In this document: positions 1 through 13,683 of the stretch, in pieces
How positions within the stretch are numbered: position 1 is the first letter of the stretch
Layout of the letters: the number at the start of each line of letters is the position of its first letter
From: Octopus vulgaris
Taxonomy: Eukaryota
Length of the DNA stretch: 64,000 bases
Assembly (NCBI GenBank): GCA_951406725.2
Contig: OX597830.1
Span: forward strand, 15,066,001-15,130,000
Direction of reading: 5' to 3'
Translations under genes and position numbers: made by a program
Notes under the pieces: generated by a model
Told to the model about the DNA's origin: nothing
Seen by the model: only the letters and a program-made list of their open reading frames with translations
The model's database searches: none

Positions 1-149
1 GAACCGGTCAGTGGTCAGGCAGATGGGTCAAATGAGAAACAGGGTGGTGCCTTGGTGTCAAAAGGAAGTGGGAGAGAGGAAACGGATAAGGAAAAGCAAA
101 GAGTGGGGGGGGAGAAAAGGGTCGTGCAGAGGGGGAAGAGTAAGGGAAA

Positions 150-282
150 CAAATTTCCACCTTGGTCCACTTTGTTTTAATATGTCAGGGTCGATAAACT
201 AAGTATCAGTCAGGTACTGGAGTCCATGTAATCGACTTACTCCTACTCCGATATTGCTGGCCTTGTGCCAAAATTTGAAACC
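150..282 (+). mobile_element. SINE family A, degenerate 3' half (tail type 2)
   Basis: GGGTCGATAAACTAAGTATCAG...GTAATCGACTTAC core and GCTGGCCTTGTGCCAAAATTTGAAACC tail, shared with copies near 13330 and 39890. Confidence 0.75.
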
Positions 283-360
283 GTTATTATCATTATTATT
301 ATCATTAATACTATTATCACTACTCTTACCATTTTTCTTTATTCGACTACCATTAAAATT

Positions 361-534
361 GGTTTCGTATTTTGGCAGAAGACCAACAAGTTCGTGGGAA
401 GACGGTGTATTGATTACATCGACATCACTGAACAAAGTCGACTTCGGTAGAATTTGAACTCAGAACATAAAGACGGACGAAATGCCGCTAAGCATTTTCT
501 CCGGCGTGCTAACGATCCTGGCCTGCTCGCCGCC
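361..534 (-). mobile_element. SINE family A, internally deleted copy
   Basis: Reverse complement starts GGCGGCGAGC, has B-box GAGTTCAAATTC and GTCGACTTTG; lies tail-to-tail with the 150-282 copy. Confidence 0.8.
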
Positions 535-1249
535 TTATGATCACCATTAATATTGCTACCTTCACTACTCACTCTGAAAATAATTTATAATAACCATCAT
601 CATCATCACTTGTTTATCTATTTCTTCTTACCTTCATTATAACCATTATTCTCAATATATCTTATTTACTTAATAATTTACTTATTCTCTTCTCCTGCCG
701 TATCCACATTTCAACTTACGTACATTTTATTTTTTGTTTTTGTAGAGAGGTCTGGTACTTTTGATTTCTGTTTAATTTTGCTCATTTTCTTCGTTTTTTA
801 CCATTCTGTTTTACATTTACATTTCATATAATTTTTATATTTTTTATAATTTAATAATTTTTTTTCAATTCCTTCAACACTTTTTCAACGTTTTCAACAT
901 TTTTTCAATACTTCTCTTCAATGTTTTCAACCTATATTTCATTTTTTCAATATCTTTCAATATTTTTTCAATATTTCTTTCATATTTTTAAAAAACATTT
1001 CTTCAATATTTTGAATATTCTCACCGACATTCCCAAAGGTTTGTATTTTTTATTATCCTTTTAATTATTTTATTGATTTTATTTCACTTTTTATCTATAC
1101 TTCTTTATCTTATCTACCACTATTACTGACATTACCATCAACCATTTCAAACATACTTTTGATTTACTTACCATTCCACGAAATCGGTACCCCTGATAAG
1201 ATTCTTTATTCAACCTATTTACTTTACCTTCAATATCGTAATTTTTCTT

Positions 1250-1660
1250 GGAGTGGCTATGGAGTAAGAAGCTTGCTTTACAACCGCATGGTCTTGGGTT
1301 TAATCCCACTGTGTGAAACCTTGGGCGGGTGTCTTCTAATATAGCCTCGGGTTAATCAAAGCCTTGTGAATGAATTTGGTCGATGGAAACTGAAAGGGCG
1401 GCGAGCTGGCAGAAACGTTAACGCGCCGGGCGAAATACTTAGCGGTATATCGTCTGCCGTTACACTCTGAGTTCAAATTCTGCCGAGGTCGATTTTGGCG
1501 TTCATCCTTTCGGGATCGATAAATTAAGTACTAGTTCCGCACTGGAGTCGATGCAATCAATTTAATCCCTTTGTCTGTCCTTGTTTGTCCCCTCTATGTT
1601 TAGCCCCTTGTGGGCAATAAAGAAATAGGAAACTGAAAGAAGCCCGCCATGTGTGGGTGT
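1250..1660 (+). mobile_element. SINE family B 5' half, interrupted by a family A insertion
   Basis: GTAAGAAGCTTGCTT...CCTTGGGCGGGTGTCTTCT...AAAGCCTTGTGAATGAATTTGGT, resuming as GAAAGAAGCCCG after the insertion. Confidence 0.8.
1397..1627 (+). mobile_element. SINE family A, full length, nested in family B
   Basis: A-box TGGCAGAAACGTTAA, B-box GAGTTCAAATTC, tail TTTAGCCCCTTGTGGGCAATAAAGAAATA; target-site duplication GGAAACTGAAAG at 1385-1396 and 1628-1639. Confidence 0.92.
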
Positions 1661-2159
1661 GAGAGATAGAGAGAGAGCGAAAGAGAGAAAGAGAGAGGGA
1701 GTAAATCCCATCATTCCTTTACTCGTAACTTACATGGAAATCCTGTGCATTAATAGGCAAACCTTGGAGTAACCAGAGACTGAGTCGCCCCCAAAAAATA
1801 AACAACTTTAAACTCTACTACACTTTCTTCCGGCCATCAATACTGAAAGGAAATACATATATATTGTGTATGTGTTCAGTTAAATATATGACCACTACTG
1901 TACGGGTTATAGTCCCACGTTAAATATCAGTATGTAGTTCTCAGTGTAACTAATTTTGAGAAAACAGAGCATACAGAGTGATGAAGATAAACGCAAATAT
2001 ACATTGTTAATTCCTGAGTACGTTTCCTTTATTGTAATTACTTGGAACTCAGAATTGGATGTTCCAAGTACATTTGGATGCCTGAGCGCAATGGATCATC
2101 AGAGGAAGATGTTCTTGGAATTTGCTACGGAGATCTAATATATATATATATATTTTTTT

Positions 2160-2559
2160 TTTTACTTGTTTCAGTCATTTGACTGCGGCCATGCTGGAGC
2201 AGCGCCTTTAGTCGAGCAAATCGACCCCGGGACTTAGTCTTTGTAAGCCCAGTACTTATTCTATCGGTCTGTTTTGCCGAACCGCTAAGTGACGGGGGCG
2301 TAAACACACCAGCATCGGTTGTCAAGCAATGCTAGAGGGACAAACACAGACACACTAACACACACACACACACACTTATATATATATATACATATATACG
2401 ACAGGCTTCTTTTAGTTTCCGTCTACCAAATCCACTCACAAGGCATTGGTCGGCCCGGGGCTATAGCAGAAGACACTTGCCCAAGATGCCACGCAGTGGG
2501 ACTGAACCCGGAAACATGTGGTTGGTTCGCAAGCTACTTACCACACAGCCACTCCTGCG

Positions 2560-2561
<2 letters not shown>
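2160..2561 (-). mobile_element. SINE family B, full length
   Basis: tRNA-like head (GGGTTCAGTCCC B-box-like), TTGGGCAAGTGTCTTCT CORE-like segment, internal (TA)/(TG) tract, tail ATGACTGAAACAAGTAAAA; more than 10 similar copies in the window. Confidence 0.9.
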
Positions 2562-2630
<69 letters not shown>

Positions 2631-2655
2631 TCTTTACTCTCTTTTACTCTTTTAC

Positions 2656-2805
2656 GTGTGGTAAGTAGCTTGCTTACCAACCACATGGTTCTGGGTTCAG
2701 TCCCACTGCGTGGCACCTTGGGCAAGTGTCTTCTACTATTCCCTCGGGCCGACCAAAGCCTTGTGAGTGGATTTGGTAGACAGAAACTGAAAAGAAGCCC
2801 GTCGA

Positions 2806-2858
<53 letters not shown>

Positions 2859-3062
2859 TGTGTGTCTGTGTTTGTTCCTCCAACATCGCTTGACAACCGA
2901 TGCTGGTGTGTTTACGTCCCCGTAACATTAGCAGTTCGGCAAAAGAGACCGCTAGAATAAGTACTAGGCTTACAAAGAATAAGTCCTGGGATCGATTTGC
3001 TCGACTAAAGGTGGTGCTCCAGCATCACCGCAGTCAAATTACTGAAACAAGTGAGTAAAGAG
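2656..3062 (+). mobile_element. SINE family B, near full length
   Basis: Inverted homologue of 2160-2561. Confidence 0.9.
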
Positions 3063-4738
3063 TTTAGATATGTGTGTGAGTGTGAGCATGCGTGAGTGTG
3101 TGTGTATCGCGAGAGAGAGAGAGAGAGGGTATGCATTGATGATTCACTTGACATCTGCACTCCCAATGTACTGACAGTGTCTTTGCTGTGACCCTGGGGA
3201 ATCCTTTTGCTTAATGCAGTGATCAACCAAATAACTTATATCAGCCCTTCGCAACGTTTACCATCACCTCAGTGATGCTGCTCCAGTCACATTGCAAAAA
3301 ACAACAGACACAGACAATATTTTGGAGGGTATATGGATGGATTCTGGTGAATTATCCTATGTGAATCAATACTCATTTCAAACTGTCCCTCGTGGGTCTT
3401 GATTCCACAGTCAAATTAAATCCATTGAGATATGACTGTATTTATCAGAAGGCTGTATATTTCTCGGTATTTGCAGTTCAACAACAAACCGGAGAAAATT
3501 ATTGTGGTTAACACAACAAGAGATTTGTACAAGCTTGTTCTTCAACCGGAATTTTCTTATAAATATACTTATTGCATTATTCAACTGAATTATTTATTCG
3601 TTTGAATAATATTATATTACACACTTATTGAATTATAGAATTCTTCGGCTTTTATTGATTTCTGTGAAAACGGTCAGCTGAGAACAGGAGAAATAAAATT
3701 TCATGAGAAGGAACTAGATATTTTAAGATGTTGCCTTCATTTACTGTTAAGTGTGCCAATCAGTTGTGTTTTTAATATTTATGGACAGTATAACTGTTCC
3801 GGTGTTGCATCATTTGAAGATTTGAAATCCTAAACCGGTAAGAAAATGGAGTAATATTGCTGATAGAAAGCTGGTTTTGCACCTACTTACTCTATTGACA
3901 AAGATCAACGAAGCTACCTATGATATTACAATTGTTATGCAGATAGCTACATAGGGATGTTGAAGATAAAGATTAACAGGTTCTCCTTCAAACGGTGAGG
4001 AACATGATATCTGAGAAAACTGATACAGTCAATCGTGGAAAAGGCACAAATAATTCTTTACAACCAAAACTATAAATGAAGTGTCTAGTAAGTAACAGTG
4101 GGGTATTTCGGCTGGGTGTTCATAAATTTATATTCACTCAATGGTGTCCTGTAATGGCGAAGTGGGGATTATTGTATGAACCAAATTAAATAACAAATGG
4201 TAACTGCGTAAAGTTGCGTACATAGTGTAAAATATGTTAACGGTAGTGATATGTGTTAATAGAATACTGGAATAGGAATCTAGAGATATTGTTGGAAGTT
4301 TATTGGAATGGCTGAAATGAGATCAATGAAAGCACTTCAGCGTTCTATGGCGATGGTTATGGTAAGTTTTATAGGACAGAGCGATTCTTAAGTATTGTTC
4401 ATGTGGCCACTAACGTGGTTAAGTTACAAGGAACAGTTCATACATACACGTGACACACACACACACAAGCACACATACACACACACACACAAGCACACAT
4501 GCGCGCACACACAAACACACATACATGAAAGTAGATTTCAGATGGCCAACATTTCCTTTTCATACACACATACTTTAAACGTTTATTTGCCAAAGATATT
4601 CGTTCTTGTTATCTTTATAGATGAAAACATTTTAAATGTCTACTTTTTCCAGTGTTATTCCAGAGAAGTAGAATGGTCATTTTGTATTTGCTTGCCTCAT
4701 GAAACGGTTGGCTATATTATCAATTATCGATTTTTTCG

Positions 4739-4910
<172 letters not shown>

Positions 4911-6314
4911 TTATATATCAGTTTTCTTTACGACAAATATTGTGCTACTATAGAATCCAGCCCAATGAGATTTTCACTAAGCGTACAGATAGCAATGACT
5001 ACTTTATATCCCGGTAAAAGCACTCAGGTTTTAACATATGAGGTCTAAATCTAAATATCATAATACGGACGGACTGTGTTATATCTAGAAACAGCCGAAA
5101 CTAATCAAAACTGCAGTCTTCGGTGAAGTGGAAAAACTGAGTTCTAATGTACCGGTAAACACCAAACCAAAACAATACACTGCACATAGCGAAAGCACGC
5201 AGATCTGTGCTCAGCTATTTAGTGAAAGCACATAATAGAATTTAGGCTAGTGAACTATGGTGATAAAATAAATCTCTCACGAAAAGAAAACGTAACGAAA
5301 ACATGAATAAAAACAGCAAAGATAAAAAGCAAATAAATATCGAAGGTTCACTTGGCAGGTGCCAGACAATGTAAATGGTGGCAAAGCAACAAAATCAAGA
5401 TGTAAAGCATCTACGGAATAGGGACCAAAAACAACTTAAACAAAATGTGAATTAAAGGGAATGTGAGAATAGTTTGAGAATAGAAAAATTTAAACATAGA
5501 AGAATATGATAATAAGGATTAGATTAGAAATTGTTAAAGAATTAAAGTCAGTAGACCTTTGGATCTAATAAATTTCTTCCGGTGAACAACTGAAAATATT
5601 CCCGAGGATAAAACTCAACAAGTGTAATTAAGGCAAACTTAGCCATCAGGAATTTAATGAAAGCAGATTTGATCAACACTCACCAGGTTAAATGATATAA
5701 TATACGCATAAGCCAAAAGAAAGAGGACAATTTTGGGGATATAAGAATATAAGAAAGGATATATACATCATACAAGGGTATAAAAAATCCAAGCAGAAAT
5801 CATGGAAGACAATCATAATAAAAACTAGAGAAAATCCCTCAATCTTTGATAAAATTAATAACGAAAAGACACAACGAAAAATGAAAAGAAAGGCACGGTC
5901 ATAATGCAAAGAAAGAACATAAAAAAGAACCCGAAATGGAAAAAGAAAACACTTTTGTCAAGAGATCCTCGATGAATCGCAAAGAATTGGCGGTGTAAAA
6001 GGCGACAACGATTTCTCAAACATAGCAAGCAGTTCGATTTCAACCTAAAACGGTGTTATGAAGAACTAAAGATCGTTCTGTCAAGAACAAAAATAAGGTA
6101 GAATTCCATACAGCGCCAAGAAAAAAGAGAAGCAGAAGAACTAAGGAGTGGAATCTTCAAAAAGACGGATACATGGAGACCATATCTCACCAACATTACT
6201 TTACAGAATATGAAGGAAAAGCTCAAGGTACCAGGAATGCTAATATCCTAAACATATGCTTAAAATATTCAACAGAGAGACATGGGTAGCAGCAGAGATA
6301 CTCAGGGAACCAGA

Positions 6315-6616
6315 TGATGTTCCTTCTCGAGCCTTCCCTGGCTCATAAGGGCCGGTTTCCCGGTTTCCTTGGCGTATAGGTTCCTTACCTGGACGGGACG
6401 CCGGTCCGTCGCAGGTGAGCTGTAAGATGCAGAAGGAAAGAGTGAGAGAAAGTTGTGGCGAAAGAGTCAGCAGAAGTTCACCATTACCTTCTGCCGGAGC
6501 CGCGTGGAGCTTAGGTGTTTCGCTCTTAAACATGCACATCACCCGATGTGAGATTCGAACCCGCTATCCCTCGACCGTGAGTCCGCTGCTCTAACCACTA
6601 GGTCATGTGCCTCCAC
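6315..6616 (-). mobile_element. SINE family C (tRNA-Arg-like head), tail variant 1
   Basis: Reverse complement starts GTGGAGGCACATGACCTAGTGGTTAGAGCAGCGGACTC with B-box GGTTCGAATCT; duplication TCAGGGAACCAGA at 6302-6314 and 6617-6629; tail CCTGCGACGGACCGGCGTCCCGTCCAGG resembles V/Meta-type SINE domains (from memory). Confidence 0.88.
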
Positions 6617-6672
6617 TCAGGGAACCAGAGACAACATCTAACTAACTCGCTGAGAGGAAACCACCTATAGAC

Positions 6673-6810
6673 ATACATGAAGATCGCCCCGCCGCCTTCC
6701 TTTAGCAGGGAAGGAAATGCAGTTTTTCTCTGTCTGGTGGCAATGGCGAAGCGGGTAGACGAGATGGAAAGGACTGAAGACAGATACTTTCCTCTTCGGC
6801 CAAACTCTTC
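6673..6810 (+). mobile_element. Tx1/L1-clade LINE ORF2 C-terminal fragment
   Basis: Encodes KIAPPPSFSREGNAVFLCLVAMAK...RWKGLKTDTFLFGQTL; closely similar to the minus-strand LINE at about 11395-11535. Confidence 0.8.
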
Positions 6811-7119
6811 CGGCAACTTGCAATCCTTATATTGAAGAATATAAAACATCTGAAGTGCAAAGGCTCAGAACAAGGTAGGATTTGGCTATAAGAAGGATTT
6901 TGACCATGTTCCACACACGTGGATCGTAGAAACAATAGCTACGAGTAGACTTCACCAATATTAAGCAGATATATTAAATAGCACATTAGTAAATGGCTAA
7001 TAATTCTGTAGATTGAGACAATAGAGGGAGTTATAAAAATTAGCCTTGTCTCTATTAAAGGAGGTAAACCCTCAAGAGATTTCCACTCTACTCGTTTTCT
7101 ACTTAGCGTTAGTGAATAT

Positions 7120-7505
7120 TTTGGAAGCACTCCGTCGGTTACGACGATGAGGGTTCCGGTTGATCGAATCAACGGAACAGCCTGCTCGTGAAATTAACGT
7201 GTAAGTGGCTGAGCACTCCACAGACACGTGTACCCTTAACGTAGTTCTCGGGGATATTCAGCGTGACACAGAGAGTGACAAGGCCGGCCCTTTGAAATAC
7301 AGGTACAACAGAAACAGGAAGTAAGAGTGAGAGAAAGTTGTGGTGAAAGAGTACAGCAGGGATCACCGCCATCCCCTGCCGGAGACTCGTGGAGCTTTAG
7401 GTGTTTTCGCTCAATAAACACTCACAACGCCCGGTCTGAGAATCGAAACCGCGATCCTATGACCGCGAGTCCGCTGCCCTAACCACTGGGCCATTGCGCC
7501 TCCAC
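7120..7505 (-). mobile_element. SINE family C, tail variant 2, full length
   Basis: Head GTGGAGGCGCAATGGCCCAGTGGTTAGGGCAGCGGACTCGCGG (anticodon-position TCG); duplication GTTAGTGAATAT at 7108-7119 and 7506-7517. Confidence 0.92.
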
Positions 7506-7659
7506 GTTAGTGAATATAACCAACACATGAAACCAGCTTTGACTTGCATAGAAATGCTAAGTTAGTTTAATTTGAAAATTGAAGGCCTCTTGAGGTACGC
7601 TGCAGATGAGAGAAAATATCTGACAAGAAGAATTGAAATGAGCTTCGGTTAGAAAAGTA

Positions 7660-8082
7660 GGATCTTTTCGGTTTCAACGGCAGTTTTTTAAAATAATTTC
7701 CACGTAACTAAAAAATTTTAAACTTCGTATACTGGTAGAATGTGTTTATAAAACATCTTTATCTTTTGGCTTTATTGAGAAAATTCTATAGTTTCTAAGA
7801 TATTTGTTGCTGTTTTTCTTCAATTTCTGCAATTTCAACCAATCAATGACGTCTAATGAGGTGAAAACATTCTGTGCCGTATGAATATGTCCCTCGTTTA
7901 AGAAACAGATTGGGTTTATTTACATTTGTGAAGAAAAAAAAGATACCCTTCCCCCACCTCTAACCCTAACCCTAACCCTAAAATAGATTGAAATGCAATA
8001 GATCGATACTAGGGTCATAATTATGGGTGACAATTTCATATGACACCGCTAGAAAAAACTGCCGTTCAAACAGAAAAGATCC
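7660..8082. mobile_element. Non-autonomous DNA transposon (MITE) with GG termini and 8-bp target duplication; Merlin-like or hAT-like
   Basis: About 30-bp TIR GGATCTTTTCGGTTTCAACGGCAGTTTTTT / AAAAAACTGCCGTTCAAACAGAAAAGATCC; GAAAAGTA at 7652-7659 and 8083-8090. Confidence 0.9.
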
Positions 8083-8374
8083 GAAAAGTATACCAAGATA
8101 ACCTAGAAGAGAGCAAATTTAATTAAGAACAATAATGTCGCGTTGAATGATATAATGGGGATAAGACAATCAGATCTAAGACAGACTTAGAAATACTTAA
8201 GAGTCAGTTATTTAGACAACATACAGAATAGAAAGAAATGAACGGAAAAAAAGGACTGAAACACAACAGATTGATTCCATAACTACACTAGGTGTGCCAG
8301 TAATAATTTGTAGTTATATTTTTAAACGATCGCTAAAAGAATTAGCAAGGTGGAACAAAGGCCAGGAAAACAAT

Positions 8375-8623
8375 CATCATCATCATTGTTCGACCGTGGT
8401 CGAGACAATGGAATTTGCAATGCTACGCCAGACTTCACGGTCCATCATGGCATTACGGAGGTCCTGTTGCTGGATGCCTGTATCCCTGGAGATTACATCA
8501 GGGTAGGAGAGTGTGCGCCCTCTGGTATTGCGAGTAGATGGCTTCCAGAGGAGAAGAGGAGAAATTACTTCTTTTTCAGCTCTACAACAATGTCCAGCAA
8601 ACTGGACTCTCCTACCTTTCACA
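8375..8623 (-). mobile_element. RTE-group LINE, 5'-truncated 3' end
   Basis: RRVQFAGHCCR...LLLWKP...RGRT...AMMDREVWR is typical of RTE ORF2 C-termini; (ATG)n tail; duplication AGGAAAACAAT at 8364-8374 and 8624-8634. Confidence 0.85.
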
Positions 8624-9329
8624 AGGAAAACAATGGCTGCCTTTTGAAGGTGCTACTGAAAATCTGGTATAAAAACAAACAATTGTATGATATTTACCAC
8701 GAATACGAGCTTTTATGCAGCTGGAAAACTATATCCAGAGTAAGGCTACAAATATATATACGATAAAAAAAAATCATGGGAAATTAATACAAATAGCCAC
8801 GAAATAAGAATAAACAAAACTACTTCCTGTCTTCAAGAAATCCTACAAGTGCAAAACAGAGGCTAAAATGAGTTATTAAGAAAGAGTTGAAAAAAAGAGT
8901 TGTAGAACAGAAGTTGTAACAAAAAGGCTAATGTCTGTGATAAAAATGAAGCCACTGAATGTCATGATAAAGCAAAAGAAAAAAAAAGGTTCTGCACGGC
9001 TAATACTTCGAAAAGCTAAACAGAGTAGAGATGAAAAAGTTGCAATATAGACTAGGAAATGAAAGACTAAAAGCTACAAAATCAAAGCTAAAAACTACCG
9101 AACACATACGATGAAGCGGCAGTATATAGTAACTGCAGAATATGCGGACACGAGGAAGAAACAATTTTATTGTCTCTAGAAACCCGGCTTTAACCATGTA
9201 AAATAACCTCCACAAATATAAGAGACGGAAATTATATAGACTAGAAGATCTGCAGCCATTATGAAATACCGGTAGTAAAGATGTGATGTAGGTATAGACT
9301 AAAAAAAGTCTTGGAGAATGACATGCGAT

Positions 9330-9750
9330 CATACTTGGTGATATGCCGATACACACAGGTAAATCAAAGCTAATCGACCAGATATAGTTGTTAAGGATCA
9401 CTAAGGAAACAGATACTTCTTAATCGATTTAGCTGTCCAGATGGGTGATAATACATCGCCAAAGAAATGGGAAATTAAGCAAATATAAAGGCGTGGAAAC
9501 AGAGATAAACTGAATGTGGGACCTGAAAATGAAAAGAATCCATATGATAAATGTGCCTTGGAATTGATAAAAATTAGGCAAGCAAATACATAACCAAAAC
9601 TTTCAAGACTAAGAAATATGCATAAGATAAAGAAAATATTACTGTAAGATACTGCATACATATTACGTGGAACATTTTCAAAACAACAAAAATAACAAAT
9701 CCGAAGTAAAACATTGTATGTATCCAAGGCACACAGAGATTCACCAAACA
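9330..9750 (+). mobile_element. Old Dong/R4-type non-LTR retrotransposon, restriction-like endonuclease remnant
   Basis: Degenerate DMPIHT...IKANRPDIVVKDH; 3' UTR CCAAGGCACACAGAG shared with the younger copy near 10195. Confidence 0.7.
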
Positions 9751-9771
9751 GTACAGTGGAAGCTTGTAATG

Positions 9772-11004
<1,233 letters not shown>

Positions 11005-12072
11005 TTCGTTTCTTTGTTGGCCACAAGGGCCGAACACAAAACAAATAGGGGCAATACAAAACGTAGGGTTCAACACAAAAATCGAGTAAGCAATAAAACA
11101 ACAATGTCAATAAACAATACAATTAAGCAATAAAATTCCCCAAAAGGGGGCAGTTCTTCACAGGGACTACCGAGAAACCCCACACATTCTGGTTATCCCG
11201 ACCGCCAGATACACATTAGTAGGTACCTCTCTCTTTCTGAAGCTCTCCGGTTTACAGACGCAAGTTCAGTAGGCCCATTCATGCGGGCCATCCTCGCCAC
11301 ACGCACCCACACACCTTTCAACAAAATTACTGGGTACAGAACTTCCCTCTCTACTTTCACATTCCTTTTCAAGTGGAACTTGAAGAAGTCAATGAGAGTT
11401 TGGCCGAAGAGGAAAGTATCTGTCTTCAATCCTTTCCATCTCGTCCACCACACTACCTCCTTCGCCATAGACACCAGACAGAGGAAAACTGCCTCTCCTT
11501 CCCGGCCAAAGGAAGGCGGCGGGGCGATCTTCACGGTGGACGCGGCTGATAACCGGCTCCGTCTTACACGTGGTAACAGTGGTTCGACAAAGGTCCACAA
11601 GTCAGTAATGCACGGACACGAGGCGAGTGAGTACAGGACGGTTTCGTCGCCCTGCACTCACCTTGGACAGGTCCGACTGACAGCACTTCCGTGTCTGCAG
11701 AACCTTGTCTCGAACCGGCAGAGCTTCCCGGTAGCGCTGTCAGGCCAGGGATTTCTGGAAGTTATCCATAGACCACGGCCCGAAAGTCCTCTGGAAACGA
11801 TCCCTCCCGACGCCCAGTGTGTCCCCGAGTACGTCGTCTCTCTTGTTCGCTACTAATCCCCTGCAGAACTCTATTGTGAAGGTCTGAACCAAACCAGACC
11901 CCGAGCAATTTAACAGGTCCTTCTGTCCAACGCTGTCGGTAGACATGGACCTGCCTCTCCAGGTGCCGAACTGCAGGCCCACCGACTTGTCCTGATCAAT
12001 TTTTGCTCCTCTCACAGCTTCATACTCTCTTAAAGTAGAGCCAATCACTTCGATTTCCGAGCTGCCCGACAT
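11005..12072 (-). mobile_element. Tx1/L1-clade LINE, decayed 3' portion of ORF2 plus 3' UTR
   Basis: LREYEAVRGAKIDQDKSVGL (end of RT), degenerate CCHC knuckle TCPR*..DETVL..LASCP, AKEVVWWTR motif; stops and deletions. Confidence 0.8.
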
Positions 12073-12846
12073 TATTATACTATTGATTGATGCACGTTGA
12101 TCAGAACCCCACCCATGCCAAGGTGCTTCCTCTACCCTCTCTATTATATAGCACGTGGGGTGGAGGTCGTCTTGGAAAGATTCTAAGCACTTGAAATACT
12201 ACAGAAAACTTGTGGATACCTAAGGTTCCCGCTATCCACGTAATTCCTACCGAACCTTAGCCAAACCAAAATAATAATTATGATGATGATGAGAAGGAGG
12301 AGGAAGAGGAAAGGGAGAGAGGGGGAAGAGGACTGCTTCTGTTTTCACCGCAAAGCCAGTAACTTTGAGGGCAGTGTTAATTCAAATTTTTCGACACCAT
12401 TTCTTAAGTGGTACTTTATTTTATCGACATCAAGAAGATGAAGTCGATCGCCACGATATTTCAACCCAGAACGTAGAGAGCTGGAAGTAATACTGCATAG
12501 CATTCTTTCTGCAGCTCTAGGATAAAAGATATTGGTACACATTTTTGGGTGAATAAGTTTTAATTGCGTAGATATGCTGGAAGATTATGCCTGATGATTC
12601 AAAGACACAACAAAATTATAGTTAAAAGACAATGAAGGATACAAGGACCTAGTGAGTGGTGCGGGTAATGGGAAAGAAAATGAGAGGGAAAGTCTCAAAG
12701 GAGTATAAGAGAAGAGTTAGGAAGGTATCTGATAGCAAAACTAAGGATTGTTTTCAAGGTAACCAATACTCTTATCTCAACAAGCCAGTGTTAAGTAACT
12801 GGCCCCTTTTTTAAGGCAGACCGAAGCAGAGCTATAGGAATTGAAT

Positions 12847-13080
12847 GGCGACGAGCTGGCAGAATCGTTAGCACGCCGGGCGAAATGCTTTGCAGTATTT
12901 CGTCTGCCGCTACGTTCTGAGTTCACATTCCGCCGAGGTCGACTTTGCCTTTCATCCTTTCGGGTTCGATTAAATAAGTACCAGTTACGCACTGGGGTCG
13001 AGGTAATCGACTTAATGCCTCTATCTGTCCTTGTTTGTCTCCTCTATGTTTAGCCCCCTGTGGGCAATAAAGAAATATAC
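12847..13080 (+). mobile_element. SINE family A, full length
   Basis: Head and tail as in the 1397 copy; duplication AGGAATTGAAT at 12836-12846 and 13081-13091. Confidence 0.92.
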
Positions 13081-13152
13081 AGGAATTGAATAGATGACCT
13101 AGAAAGCCCCTCAGAATGTATAAGTACACCATGCAATATCTACAAGCTATAA

Positions 13153-13592
13153 GGCGGCAAGCTGTCAGAGTCGTTAGCACGCAAGGCAAAATGCTTAGCG
13201 GCATTTCGTCCGTCTTTAAGATTTAAGTTCAAATTCCGCTGAGGTCGACTCTACCTTTCACCCTTTCGGGGTTGATAAAACAAGTACCAGTTGAGTATTC
13301 GGATCTATGTAATCGACTTAGCCCCACCGCTGCCGAAATTCCTGGCCTTGGGCCAAAATTTGAAATCAGTATGAATGAGGTGGAGATTTATTGAAATCAT
13401 TAGAATGAAGAGCAAAATGTGTAGCAGCATTTCGTCCGTCTTCACGTTCTGAGCTCAGATAATTGTGCTAAAGTCCAGTTTGGATTCATCCTTTCTGGGT
13501 CGATAAAGTAAGTGCCAGTTGAGCACTGGGGTCTATGTAATCGGTTAACCCATCCTCTGAAAATGGTGGCCTTGTGCCAAAATTTGAAACGA
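13153..13592 (+). mobile_element. Two older family A SINE copies (tail type 2)
   Basis: Each has GCATTTCGTCCGTCTT, a GATAAA..AGT.CCAGTTGAG core and the GGCCTTG.GCCAAAATTTGAAA tail. Confidence 0.75.
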
Positions 13593-13683
13593 ATATCTAC
13601 AAGCTCTGCTTTCCAAGAAGGAGACAGTCATATGTTAAATGCACAAGACAGCATCAGAATTGCGATCTGGAAGTTAGAAAACT

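Noticed and set aside
840-1020. Degenerate 10-11-bp TTTTTCAA(C/T)A repeat
   Set aside because: Low-complexity minisatellite with no further structure.
3150-4420. Possible degraded transposase or helicase coding sequence
   Set aside because: Only vague motif resemblance, with stops in all frames; not supportable.
5000-6300. Upstream part of a decayed LINE (A-rich strand bias)
   Set aside because: No diagnostic motif could be read confidently.
7961-7982. Telomere or chromosome fusion site
   Set aside because: Only about three units, and they are internal to a MITE.
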